A stretch of DNA of 64,000 nt, taken from positions 44,950,001 through 45,014,000 of the forward strand of contig OX597818.1 in assembly GCA_951406725.2 (NCBI GenBank), read 5' to 3'. Both the position numbers and the translations under genes were made by a program. The stretch is from Octopus vulgaris (taxonomy: Eukaryota). Positions within the stretch are counted from its first letter, which is position 1. Each line of letters starts with the position of its first letter. The notes below the pieces were generated by a model, which was not told the DNA's origin, made no database searches, and worked only from the letters and a program-made list of their open reading frames with translations. Below are positions 53,296 to 64,000 of this stretch, piece by piece.

Positions 53296-53475
53296 ATTTA
53301 GTCCTATATGTACTTATCGTGGATAATGTCATTTAATTATCATTGAGTTGCTTGGGGGTGATTCTGTCTCTTAAACCTATCAATATATATGTATATAATT
53401 CAGTGATTAATTCATTTTAGTACCACTGAATTGAACTTCTCTCCTCTGTGAACTCGGAAATAACTTCCCTAATAT

Positions 53476-53506
<31 letters not shown>

Positions 53507-53639
53507 CTCAAACATACACACACATATCACACACACACAAACATACACACACATTTCTATATTTAAGAGATGAGGAATTACGTACATTATTTACGTTATT
53601 TGCATTCGACAGATATTTGTCCTGATCTTGTTTGTTGTT

Positions 53640-53685
53640 AACACAACGTTTCAGCTGATATACCCTCCAGCCTTCTTCAGGTGTC
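53640..53685 (-). ncRNA. Minimal type-I hammerhead ribozyme, intact core, GUU site
   Basis: gacac-CTGAAGA-a-GGCTG-gagggtatat-CAGCT-GAAA-CGT-T-gtgtt. Confidence 0.75.
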
Positions 53686-53698
53686 TTGGGGAAATTTC

Positions 53699-53739
53699 CT
53701 GAAGAAGACTGGAGGGTATATCAGCTGAAACGTTGTGTT
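53699..53739 (+). ncRNA. Hammerhead motif whose 5' stem-I strand was lost at the inversion junction
   Basis: CTGAAGA-a-GACTG-gagggtatat-CAGCT-GAAA-CGT-T-gtgtt. Confidence 0.6.
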
Positions 53740-54299
53740 AACAACAAACCAGATGAGGACAAATACCCGTCGAAGGTAAATAATGTATACACACACATAT
53801 CACACACACTCATACTCGTGTGTCTTTGTGTTGGTCTCACACTGCTCGCCAACCCATGCTGGTTTGTTTACTTCCTTGTAACTTAGAGATGCAGCAAAAA
53901 GGAAGCCAATAAAATAAGTACTAAGGTTGATTTGATTGACTAAAGCCTTTGAGATAATGACTCACATAACCACAATCCAATCAGCAAAACCATTACAAGG
54001 AAAAAAATAAATGTCAATTCAGTTACTTTAATATTGCAGCTCAAGATCTTTTTTTTTTACTGGTCAAAAATCTCTCATGTTAATTTTATAACCTTAGAAT
54101 AATACCAAAGAGCTCTTAGTGGCAATGTTTTGATAACGTACTTAAAATTTTATAAAGGAAAACTCTTTTCTTTTTAATGAAATATATATCCATGTATTCA
54201 TAGATTTCATATGTGTTTGTACACTTATATTAAGTATATGTATATATAATTTGTACATAAGTGTATATGTACAGTTATACATGTGTGTGTGTGGGGAGG

Positions 54300-54415
<116 letters not shown>

Positions 54416-55163
54416 AAAGAAGAGAGTGCTTTTTTGGACTGGAGATATCAGAACAGATTTTAACATTAAATTGTAAACGTTTGTTGGAAAATTTAAAAGC
54501 AGTTCTCTTCTCTAAATTTTCTCTTCATTTTTTTTTTGATAAAATTTTGAATGCTGTAGTTTCAAAATCTAATGGTTACAAAGAGGGGTAAATATGTGAA
54601 TGGGAGAGAGGGAGAGAGTAGAAGAGACAGAGAGAGGGAAAGTGAGAGAAGCACATGGAGAGAGAAAGTGTGTATGAGAAAGAGAGCAAGAGTAGAGAAA
54701 AATGAGAGAAGGGTACAGGAAGAGAGTGTGTGTATGTGGGAAGGGAGAGAGAGAAAGAAAGAGAGAGAGAGGGATAAGATTGCTTGTATTCAATAGATTT
54801 CACAAATCGTGATAGCTTTCTTATAGAAAATTTAAGAAAATCATTGAAATCTATCAATTAATAAATATTACAGTATATTATTAATAGTTTTATAAAATTG
54901 CTTTAAACACTTTTTGATGCTCTAAGATGGATCACTTGATGCGATAAACTCTTTTGTTTCAACACAGAATTATTAGAACCTTTAACACACACACATACAC
55001 AAGGTTGATTGCATGATGAAAAATAAAGCACTCAATACTTAATTAAGAACAAAATGGAGACAGTTCAGGGAGCTGTTACTTCTGTTGGCATGTAGGGGAT
55101 TTTCTCATTGGAAGAGCAGATTGTAAAATGCTTATGTATATAATGTTGTATAGTAGTGAAATG

Positions 55164-55675
55164 TGGAGGTGCAATGGCCCAGTGGTTAGGGCAGCGGACT
55201 CGCAGTCATAGGATCGCGGTTTCGATTCCCAGAACGGGCATTGTGAGTGTTTATTGAGCAAAAACACCTAAAGCTCCACGAAGCTCTGGCAAGTGGTGGT
55301 GGTGAACCCTGCTGTACTCTTTCACCACAACTTTCTCTCACTCTTTCTTCCTGTTTTGGTTGTACCTGTATTTGAAAAGGCCAGACTTGTCACACTCTGT
55401 GTCACACTGAATTTCCCTGTGAACTACGTTAAGGGTACACATGTCTGTGGAGTGCTCAGCCACTTGCACATTAATAAATGAGCTACGACATCACTAGTGC
55501 CAAGCTGTATCGGCCTTTGCCTTTCCCTTGGATAACATCGGTGGCGGGGAGAGGGGAGGCTGGTATGCACGGGCAACTGCTAGTCTTCCATAAACAACCT
55601 CGCCCAGACTTGTGCCTTGGAGGGTAACTTTCTAGGTGCAATCCCATGGTCAGTCATGACCGAAGGGAGTCACAC
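55164..55675 (+). mobile_element. Long family D-related SINE with a tRNA-Arg-like head
   Basis: ggaggtgcaatggcccagtggttagggcagcggactcgc...gtttcgattcc; flanking direct repeat atagtagtgaaat(g/a)tgga. Confidence 0.8.
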
Positions 55676-55897
55676 ACACACATAGTAGTGAAATATGGAT
55701 AGTGGAACTGGAGGATGGACAAGGATGAAAAAAAAAATGAAGTAATAATTCTCTGCTGGTTGTGCAATATTAGTGTACATGGACAAAACACAAATGACTG
55801 GGTATAAAGGAAATCAGATGTAGTGTGTAGATAAATGTTAAGCAATCTATAGAGGAGGAATTTGCAGAAGAGGAAGACCAAGGAAATCATGTGAAAA

Positions 55898-56131
55898 AGG
55901 CGGCGAGCTGGCAGAAACATTAGCGCGCCGAGTGAAATGCCTAGCGGTATTTCGTCAGCTGTTAGTTCTGAGTTCAAATTCTGCTGAGGTCGACTTTGCC
56001 TTTCATCCTTTCGGGGTTGATAAATTAAGTACCAGTTACGCACTGGGGTCGATGTAATTGACTTAATCCCTTTGTCTGTCCTCGTTTTTTCCCATCTATG
56101 TTTAGCCCCTTGTGGGCAATAAAGAAATAGG
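55898..56131 (+). mobile_element. Family C SINE, full-length monomer
   Basis: ggcggcgagctggcag...aaagaaatag; flanks ggaaatc(a/c)tgtgaa form a probable TSD. Confidence 0.88.
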
Positions 56132-56869
56132 AAATCCTGTGAAGAAGTGATGGATGGGACCAACCAGTCAAATGACATATATTCCTGGTTGTGAGGACAA
56201 GAGAAAAAACACTTAACTTTTAGAGTTCAAGGAAGTCCCTAGGTGAAAGAAATTTTTCAATAAAAATCCTTATCTCTGCTAAGTAAAGTCTGCTGTTGTC
56301 ACATCCTACTACATCACTGCCAGGAAATACTGTGGTATGAAGCTGTGCAACAAGGTCTCAAGACATCCTCATCATCATCATCATCACCATTTTCATTATC
56401 ATCAATATTTTAACTTTTATATCTCCATTGCAGCATGTGCTGAACAAGTCTGTAGAATGGCTGTTCATCATTCGTTTCAATCCTCTATTATTTCCTCTGT
56501 GACATCCATTACCTTGAAATCTCTGATCTCATCACTTCTTTCTGCATTTTTCTAAGTTTTTTTCTTTGAAAACTTCCTGCTGCTACCATCTGTGACTTTT
56601 TCATTCAATACTTACTGTCTATTTACATTACATAGGTAGTAAGTACCGATTTTCTTCACTACTTCAGCGAGTGACGACTCTGCCTGACACAAGTCCCGGG
56701 CTCAGTTGCTCCAGCTGACAGTACCTGGTATGAACCCCTATCCAGACTTATGGAAAGGAGACAATCTTCAAAGAAGTCCAGACCCCGTAGGCAGTTTAGT
56801 GTTCAACTCAGCACCCTTTCGGCAGCTCCTGCAACCAAGCTGGTGCCAAACGTAATGCTCTGCACTCCT

Positions 56870-57748
56870 TGCTGGAGCATCACCTTTAGTCGAGCAAATC
56901 GAACCCAGGACTTATTCTTTGTAAGCCTAGTACTTACTCTATCGGTCTATTTTGCTGAACCGCTAAGTTACAGAGATGTAAACGCACCAGCATCAGTTGT
57001 CAAGCAATGTTGGGGGACAAACAGACACACAAACATATTCACACACATACATCATCATCATCATCGTTTAACATCCGTTTTCCATGCTAGCATGGGTTGG
57101 ACAATTTGACTGAGGACTGGCAAACCAGATGGCTGCACCAGGCTCCAATCTTGATCTGGCAGAGTTTCTACAATGGATGCCCTTCCTCATGCCAACCACT
57201 CCGAGAGTGTAGTGGGTGCTTTTATGTGCCACCGGCACGAGGGCCAGTCAGGCTGTCCTGGCAACAGCCATGCTCAAATGATGTTTTTTACATGCCATCT
57301 GCACAGGAGCCAGTCCAGCGGCACTGGCAACAACCTCGCTTACATATATTTTCACATGCCACCAGCACAAGTGCCAGTAAGGTGACGCTGGTAACAATCA
57401 CCTTACTGGTGCTATTTACATGCCACCGGCATGGAAGCCAGTTAGCCGCTCTGGCAACGATCACACTCGGATGGTGCTCTTAGCACTCTACTAGCACATA
57501 TGCCAGTCATCAAATTTGATTTCGATTTCGATTTCACTTGCCTTCAGAAGCAGAGTTTAGTGTCCAATGAAGGAAATACATATATACGATGGGCTTCTTT
57601 CAGTTTCCATCTACCAAATCCACTCACATTGCTTTGGTCGGCCTGAGGCTATAGTAGAAGACACTTGCCCAAGGTGCCATGCAGTGGGAATGAACCAGGA
57701 ACCATGTGGTTGGTAAGCAAGCTAGTTACCACACAGCCACTCCTGTGC
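56870..57748 (-). mobile_element. Family A SINE with a family B element (about 57050-57575) nested in its internal microsatellite
   Basis: The SINE A halves flank the (CAT)n-tailed insert. Confidence 0.8.
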
Positions 57749-59397
57749 CTATCTAGAAAATATGCACAAACCAACACTAGCTGTCAAATAGTAAGTGTAG
57801 GGTCAGACACAGACACAAAAATACTCACATACATATATATACAAATACACCCGCTCATATAAATGACATATATATATGCATGACATGTGTACATAACACA
57901 GTATCCATCTACTAAATCCCCTCACAAAGCATTGGTCAGCTCAGGGCCTTAGTGGAAGAACTTGTTCAAGGAGTCACACAATGTGACTGGACCATTAGTA
58001 AATTCTTCCTTGCAACAAATTCATTGTTGGTAAATTCATTCTCATACCAAATAACTACATCGCCAGTAAATTCCGCATCATGCTTTTTATCCGCAATGTA
58101 AACGCATCACTAAACCTTATTTAGAATTTTAATTCACAGAGTAAACATAAAATAAGAAATTTAAAGGCAAAAATATTCCTACAATCTAGAAATTTTTTTT
58201 TAAGAAATCACGGGAAAGGAACAATCAAGAAATGAAGTAACAATTGAGCAATATATCATCTCTGCAGAAATTCCACAAGAATTCCAAAAAGAAATATAAA
58301 GAAAGTACAGCAAGAATTCAACATATTGTCAAGGAATATCAAATCATGGAATACTGAACTGAATTATGTAAGAGGCATTGCTCTTAATTTATGTCCTCAC
58401 AATGTTTCTCCCTTTTTCCAATTTAAGATATTCTTATCTCCTTAACTGCATTTTTTGTGTGGGTTTCTATTTTTAAAAATAAGTTTGATTTATTTTTTTT
58501 TTTTTTTTTAATGTATGAAGTGAGTAAATTTGATATATTAACATCTTTTCTCTTTCCGTTTCCTTCTCGTTGTTTGTGAAATGTAATGTAATGTAATTAT
58601 TCTCCAAATAAAATTTCAAGATACTTTAATGTTTAATGATGTCTTTTTTTGCTGTGGATAAAAAAAAAAACATTGACAACGAATTAACATACGATGTATT
58701 TGACATGACGAATTCACAAATGATTATTGTCTCACAATGTAATTACCTTGCAATACTATTACCAAGAGATGAAATTGCAGGTGATGTAGTTAATGTGATG
58801 TAATTATCTGCAATGGATTTACAGGAAGGACTTCACTGGACATGATGAGAACTTTTACATTCTGGAGGAAAAAGCTCTTCTATAAATTTAAATAACTTTG
58901 TTCTATTTTTATTACTAAATATTCTACTGGGAGAAGATTATGTTTATAAGCAGAGTGAGTGGTTTATATGTTACATTTTTATAAAGGTGAAGAATGTTTA
59001 CCAAGATACTAAAAGTATCAATTCCGTTTGCTTTTAAGCAGTGATGTGCTGAACGTTCTAATAAGGTGAAATTGAAGAGTGTTTTATAAAATAAATGCCA
59101 TATGTTAAATGACAGAATGCTTTGTTTATAAACATTGCAAAAAAGAGGGAAAGAGAGTTAGTGTAAGACCATATTATCAAATCATCTGTATTTGCCCCCT
59201 GTTTTTAAAGTTAGAATATATTACATGGTTTCACTGTTTATATTGATGTACACATTATACACACATTATACACACAGAGACAAGTATGCACATATACTAT
59301 TACAAATCCATAAATATGTGAGATTTGTGCTCAGAGACACATACATTATATGCACATAGACTCTTACTCAACTAATTCCACACATCTAAAGCTTTGT

Positions 59398-59610
<213 letters not shown>

Positions 59611-59852
59611 TTATATGTATATAGGTGTGTGTATACATGCACACACACACACACGCGTGCAAATATATAAACAATTATATTTCTATACATATGCACTTAG
59701 TGCTATATAAATATATCCATGCCACCATGAAAAAAACAGACGGTAAAATGGTTATATATGTGTGTTTGTGTATGTGTTTATGGTGTGTGTTTATGCATGT
59801 GTGAATGTATATATGTCAATATATATTTATGTATCTGTCTATCTATATATGT

Positions 59853-59893
<41 letters not shown>

Positions 59894-60195
59894 TACTGGC
59901 ACACGTACAAAGTATTTACATGATATTTCCTATGTTGACATATTAGAGTTAAAGGCAGATGCATAAACGTTTACAGACCTTCACAAACGGATGCAGTAGT
60001 AAATTTTACTAAAAGCACAACTATATCTCCACCCATGAAATACCATCACATATCTAACTATATTACTATAAAGTGATACTATTACATATGCTTACACACT
60101 ACCGTCATCTACGCATGCACTGTCATAGCCACAACCACACACAATACAAACATACACACATGCATCTTTATGTTAATGAAAATACAATTGTACAC

Positions 60196-60401
60196 TTTTA
60201 CTCTTTTACTTGTTTCAGTCATTTGACTGCGGCCATGCTGGAGCACCGCTTTTAGTCGAGCAAATCGACCCCAGGACTTACTCTTTGTAAGCCTAGTACT
60301 TATTCTATTGGTCTCTTTTGCCGAACCGCTAATGTACGGGGATGTAAACACACCAGCATTGGTTGTCAAAGTATGTTGGAGGGACAAACACAGACACACA
60401 A

Positions 60402-60472
<71 letters not shown>

Positions 60473-60633
60473 TACCATGGGCTTCTTTCAGTTTCCGTCT
60501 ACCAAATCCACTCACAAGGCTTTGGTTGGCCCAAGGCTATAGTAGAAGACACTTGTCCAAGGTGCCATGCAGTGGGACTGAATGCAGAACCATGTGGTTG
60601 GTAAGCAAGCTACATACCACACAGCCACTCCTA
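60196..60633 (-). mobile_element. SINE family A
   Basis: Full reverse copy. Confidence 0.88.
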
Positions 60634-61320
60634 CTCAAATATATATTCACATTCATTCTTCTATGAACACTAAACTACTTTTACACACGCATAGATTTAT
60701 TCACCTGTTCACTACAAGCAAATTTATATAACTTTACGGTTGTATAAGTAAAGTATTAACCACCAAAAGATATATGCTCAAACATTACCACGTTACTAGT
60801 TAATGGTACTAACAATTTAATAAAACAGAGTTACTGCTTGCAATAATCTTGTGGTGTCTACTTAGATATTCATGAACTTATCTTTTGAAGAGAAGGTGCT
60901 TTAGCCATGCAGAAACAGCGCTAACTTTGATTGATTGTTCAGTACCCTTTCAACAAAACAATTTGTGTTTTTTATCTTATCAGTCATTTTTGATTTATCT
61001 ATGGATGGGTGTTTGGCTGGAACCATAGAATTCCAATTACATTCTTTATCGTCATCGTTTTAGCATTCACTTATTTATGCTTGCATGAGTCAGATAGATT
61101 TCATTGTAGAAGATGTCCTGCCGGTCATCCACCCTAATTAGTTCCCAAGCAATGTAATATTTCCCTTTGACCAGACATGGTTTTGTGTTAGACTGGAAAG
61201 GAGAGAAATTAGTTAAATAATGTTGACACATGTTTGTAACAATCACATGATGTCAAGACGAAGAGGGGGGACAAACGCATACTCATTACTATCATATATA
61301 TGTAGATATACATACATACA

Positions 61321-61577
61321 TGGAGGCACATGGCCTAGTGCTTATAGCAGCAGACTCACGGTCAAGGGATCATGGGTTCGAATCTCAGACCGGGCGATGT
61401 GTGTGTTTATGAGAGAAACACCTAAGCTCCACGTGGCTCCAGCAGAAGGTAATGGCGAACTTTTGCTGACTCTTTCGCCACAACTTTAGCGCCCCGTCCA
61501 GGTGGGGAACGTATACGCCAAGGAAACTGGGAAACCGGTCCTAATGAGTCAGGCATTGCTCGAGAAGGAACAAACAA
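61321..61577 (+). mobile_element. SINE family D-related
   Basis: tRNA-like head ggaggcacatggcctagtg...gggttcgaatctc. Confidence 0.8.
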
Positions 61578-61962
61578 TACATACACACACAACACATCAT
61601 ATTTCTTTGAATTTCCATTTTCTAAATCCACTCACAAAGCATTGATTAGCATGGTGCAGACATTTTGCCAAGGTGCCAAGCAGTAACACTGAACCTGAAA
61701 CCACATGGTTGGAAAACAAATTCCTTAACCACACAGCCATGCCTATGATAAAATGTATTAACATTACATAATTTTACTCTCATTTCATTTCTTAAAAAAA
61801 TATAAACAAAAGAAACTCAGAAATAAATACTTGTGACTTTGATGACTATATTCATTGTTTTACCTTCATAGTGAAATTGTTTCAGACTGTCTGACTAATT
61901 AAAAGTTCTCTTCCAGTTTCCTTCTTGAGAGGTTTGCAATAACAAAACATTTTTCTCTAAAA

Positions 61963-62542
61963 CAGTAGCACTCTACCATTTTTTGCCTATGGAACCTTTC
62001 GATTACTATGTTACTCTTGTGGATCCCCGTATTCTTTCAATGTTTAAAAAACAGGTTTTATAGAAACTTCTTTTAAAATTCTTATTTTGTAAGAAGCCCG
62101 TCATATATATGTATATATATATATATGTATGTGTGTGTATATGTTTGTGTGGCTGTGTTTGTCCCCCCAACATCACTTGACAACCGATGCTGGTGTGTTT
62201 ACGTCCCCGTAACTTAGCGGTTTGGTAAAAGCAACCAATAGAATAATTACTAAGCTTCCAAAGAATAAGTCCTGGGGTTGATTTGCTTGACTAAAGGCGG
62301 TGCTCCAGCATGGCCACAGTCAAATGACTGAAACAAGCAAAAGAGTAAAAGAGATAAGTTGAACGATGTAAAATGTTAGAGAAAGAAACCTGTTTCTTAC
62401 AATAAATGTATCCTAAGCAAAGTTTTGTCATGGATCCTTAATATACTGCTGTGTGTTCCCAATTCAGTATTTTGCTTGTGTGGACCCCCCAAAATCTTAT
62501 ATGACCCACAGGGGTCATGTGGACTCTGACTGAGAATCACTT
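61963..62542. mobile_element. Old hAT/Charlie-like MITE remnant with a family A SINE fragment inside (62092-62355)
   Basis: Degenerate termini cagtagcactctacc / gactgagaatcactt; flanks ctctaaaa and gtctagac resemble the NTCTAGAN target. A similar right end is at 18315-18335. Confidence 0.45.
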
Positions 62543-62965
62543 GTCTAGACCAAGAAACCAGTTTCATATCAAGGTACCGTTGAATAAATTATGATATCAG
62601 TTTAGCTCATAAATTTTAATTTCTTATACAGGTACAAAATATTAAGATGGAATGTTGAGGAATTCATGTCTTTTACAAACTAATTTAAGATATAAGTGAA
62701 ATTAAACCATTTCAATGAGATATTGAAATGTGGTCTATGACCTTACTTAGCTGTGCTTGCCTTTATTATATGATACCACCTCTTAATTTGCAGATAATGA
62801 TGGTTAATATCAAATTCTAGGAGTAGCTTGGCAAATAACCAAGAAATTATTTTTGGCACAAACTTTTAACTAATTACGTTTTTTGTGAAAAAAATTCTTC
62901 TCTTTAACACTCACATGACCTTATAAAATAGACTCTCTCTGTTTTAATTATTTTTTTAAAATAAT

Positions 62966-63127
62966 AGGTGCAGGCATGGCAGAGTGGTAAGAAACTTGCT
63001 TCCCAACCACATTGTTATGGGTTCAGTTACACTGTGTGGCACCTTGGGCAAGTGTCTTCTACCATAGCATTGGGCTGACCAAAGCTTTATGAGTGGATTT
63101 AGTAGACAGAAACTGAAAGAAGACTGT

Positions 63128-63170
<43 letters not shown>
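62966..63170 (+). mobile_element. SINE family A 5' half (3' half at about 63590-63750)
   Basis: Split by insertions in its internal (TA)n. Confidence 0.75.
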
Positions 63171-63175
<5 letters not shown>

Positions 63176-63221
63176 ATCCAAACATGAAAACACTAAGAGA
63201 AAACACAACAACGCGGGGACG

Positions 63222-63576
63222 TCCCCCCACACACACACACCGTCCAATGGACAGTGCTGAATTGTCAAACATTTAAAACACATTTTTTCAAAACAACTTG
63301 TCCGACTGTCCCATAGGCCTCCCCTTTGAGACACACTGATTTAACCTAAATTTGAGACACCAGCAAAAGAAGAAATAAAGATAGACAAATCCACGTTCCC
63401 ACGGCTTTATCGATCGCATTCTCACCTGGAATCGATTTTTGTAATTTTATAATTTTTGAAGACTTATTCATGCCCTGATACCGTCGGTGTCTACATATCA
63501 AATTTGAGCGCAATCAGATGGAGGATGCCCGAGATCCTAGAAGACACACAGACAGAACGGATTTTATATAATAGAT
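63222..63576 (+). mobile_element. Helentron-associated (DINE-1/HINE-like) non-autonomous element fragment
   Basis: End structure caaatttgagcgcaatcagatg...acacacagacaga...ttttatataatagat resembles DINE-1-like 3' ends; recognised by pattern only. Confidence 0.5.
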
Positions 63577-64000
63577 ATATATATATGTATATGTAACTTA
63601 GTGGTTCAGCCAAACAGACCAATAGAATAAGTACTAGACTTATAAAGAATAAACCCTGGGTTGAATCTTTCAGCTAAAAACCCTTTAAGGTGGTACTCCA
63701 GTATGGCAACTGTCAAATGACTGAAAGTAGGAAAAGAGTTAAAGAATAAAAGGAAATATTTGTAGAATTTAGTAAAATAACTAACCTTTTTTTAATTAAG
63801 CCAGTTTGGAACATGACAAAAAATTATTACATGTTATTAAAGTTTTAACATACATCTTACAATTTAAAATGTAATTTTGTGCTATAGAACCAGAGGCAGT
63901 CTCAGACAAGTTGCTGTCCAAAGGATTAAAGGACAAATGGCAAATTTTCTCAGTTATTTTGTAAATATTGTTTGAAAACGTAATTTATAATAGATATATG

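Larger units (their letters stand above)
53554..53790. mobile_element. Head-to-head inverted pair of PLE pseudo-LTR 3' segments (same family as 30180-30353), each with a hammerhead
   Basis: 53554-53697 is the reverse complement of about 30210-30353; 53698-53790 is a forward copy. Confidence 0.85.

Noticed and set aside
55164-55240. tRNA-like sequences (also 16893, 25208 and 61321)
   Set aside because: They are SINE heads continuing into SINE bodies with tails and TSDs; no complete acceptor stem.
61864-61956. Exon-like minus-strand segment (ttttag|...aag|gtaaaa)
   Set aside because: Stops in all three frames; it could only be UTR, which cannot be supported from sequence alone.

Overview
Eukaryotic, AT-rich, microsatellite- and TE-saturated DNA; the repeat repertoire looks like an Octopus (coleoid cephalopod) genome, which is an inference from repeat sequences only. 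Almost all of the supplied ORF track is repeat artefact. Four phase-compatible GT-AG exons on the minus strand (44369-44261, 30505-30430, 18596-18444, 13850-13677) splice into a 170-codon open frame that looks like the N-terminal part of an F-BAR (FCH/EFC) domain protein; I found neither its first exon nor its downstream exons, so they probably lie outside the window. The rest holds three tRNA-derived SINE families, RTE and CR1 LINE 3' fragments, two decayed Penelope-like elements (PLEs), three Tc1/mariner fossils, MITEs, a solo LTR and a ~180-bp tandem array. The most notable observations are: (i) seven minimal type-I hammerhead ribozyme motifs from about five repeat families, plus two hammerhead-shaped variants, including one canonical copy in the sense orientation of the host pre-mRNA; (ii) SINE dimers and a trimer with an exact 184-bp period, each enclosed by a single TSD; (iii) a locally templated patchwork insertion that preserves a pre-insertion empty site; (iv) several long foldbacks near exons. 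Repeat boundaries are approximate unless a TSD or TIR is quoted.
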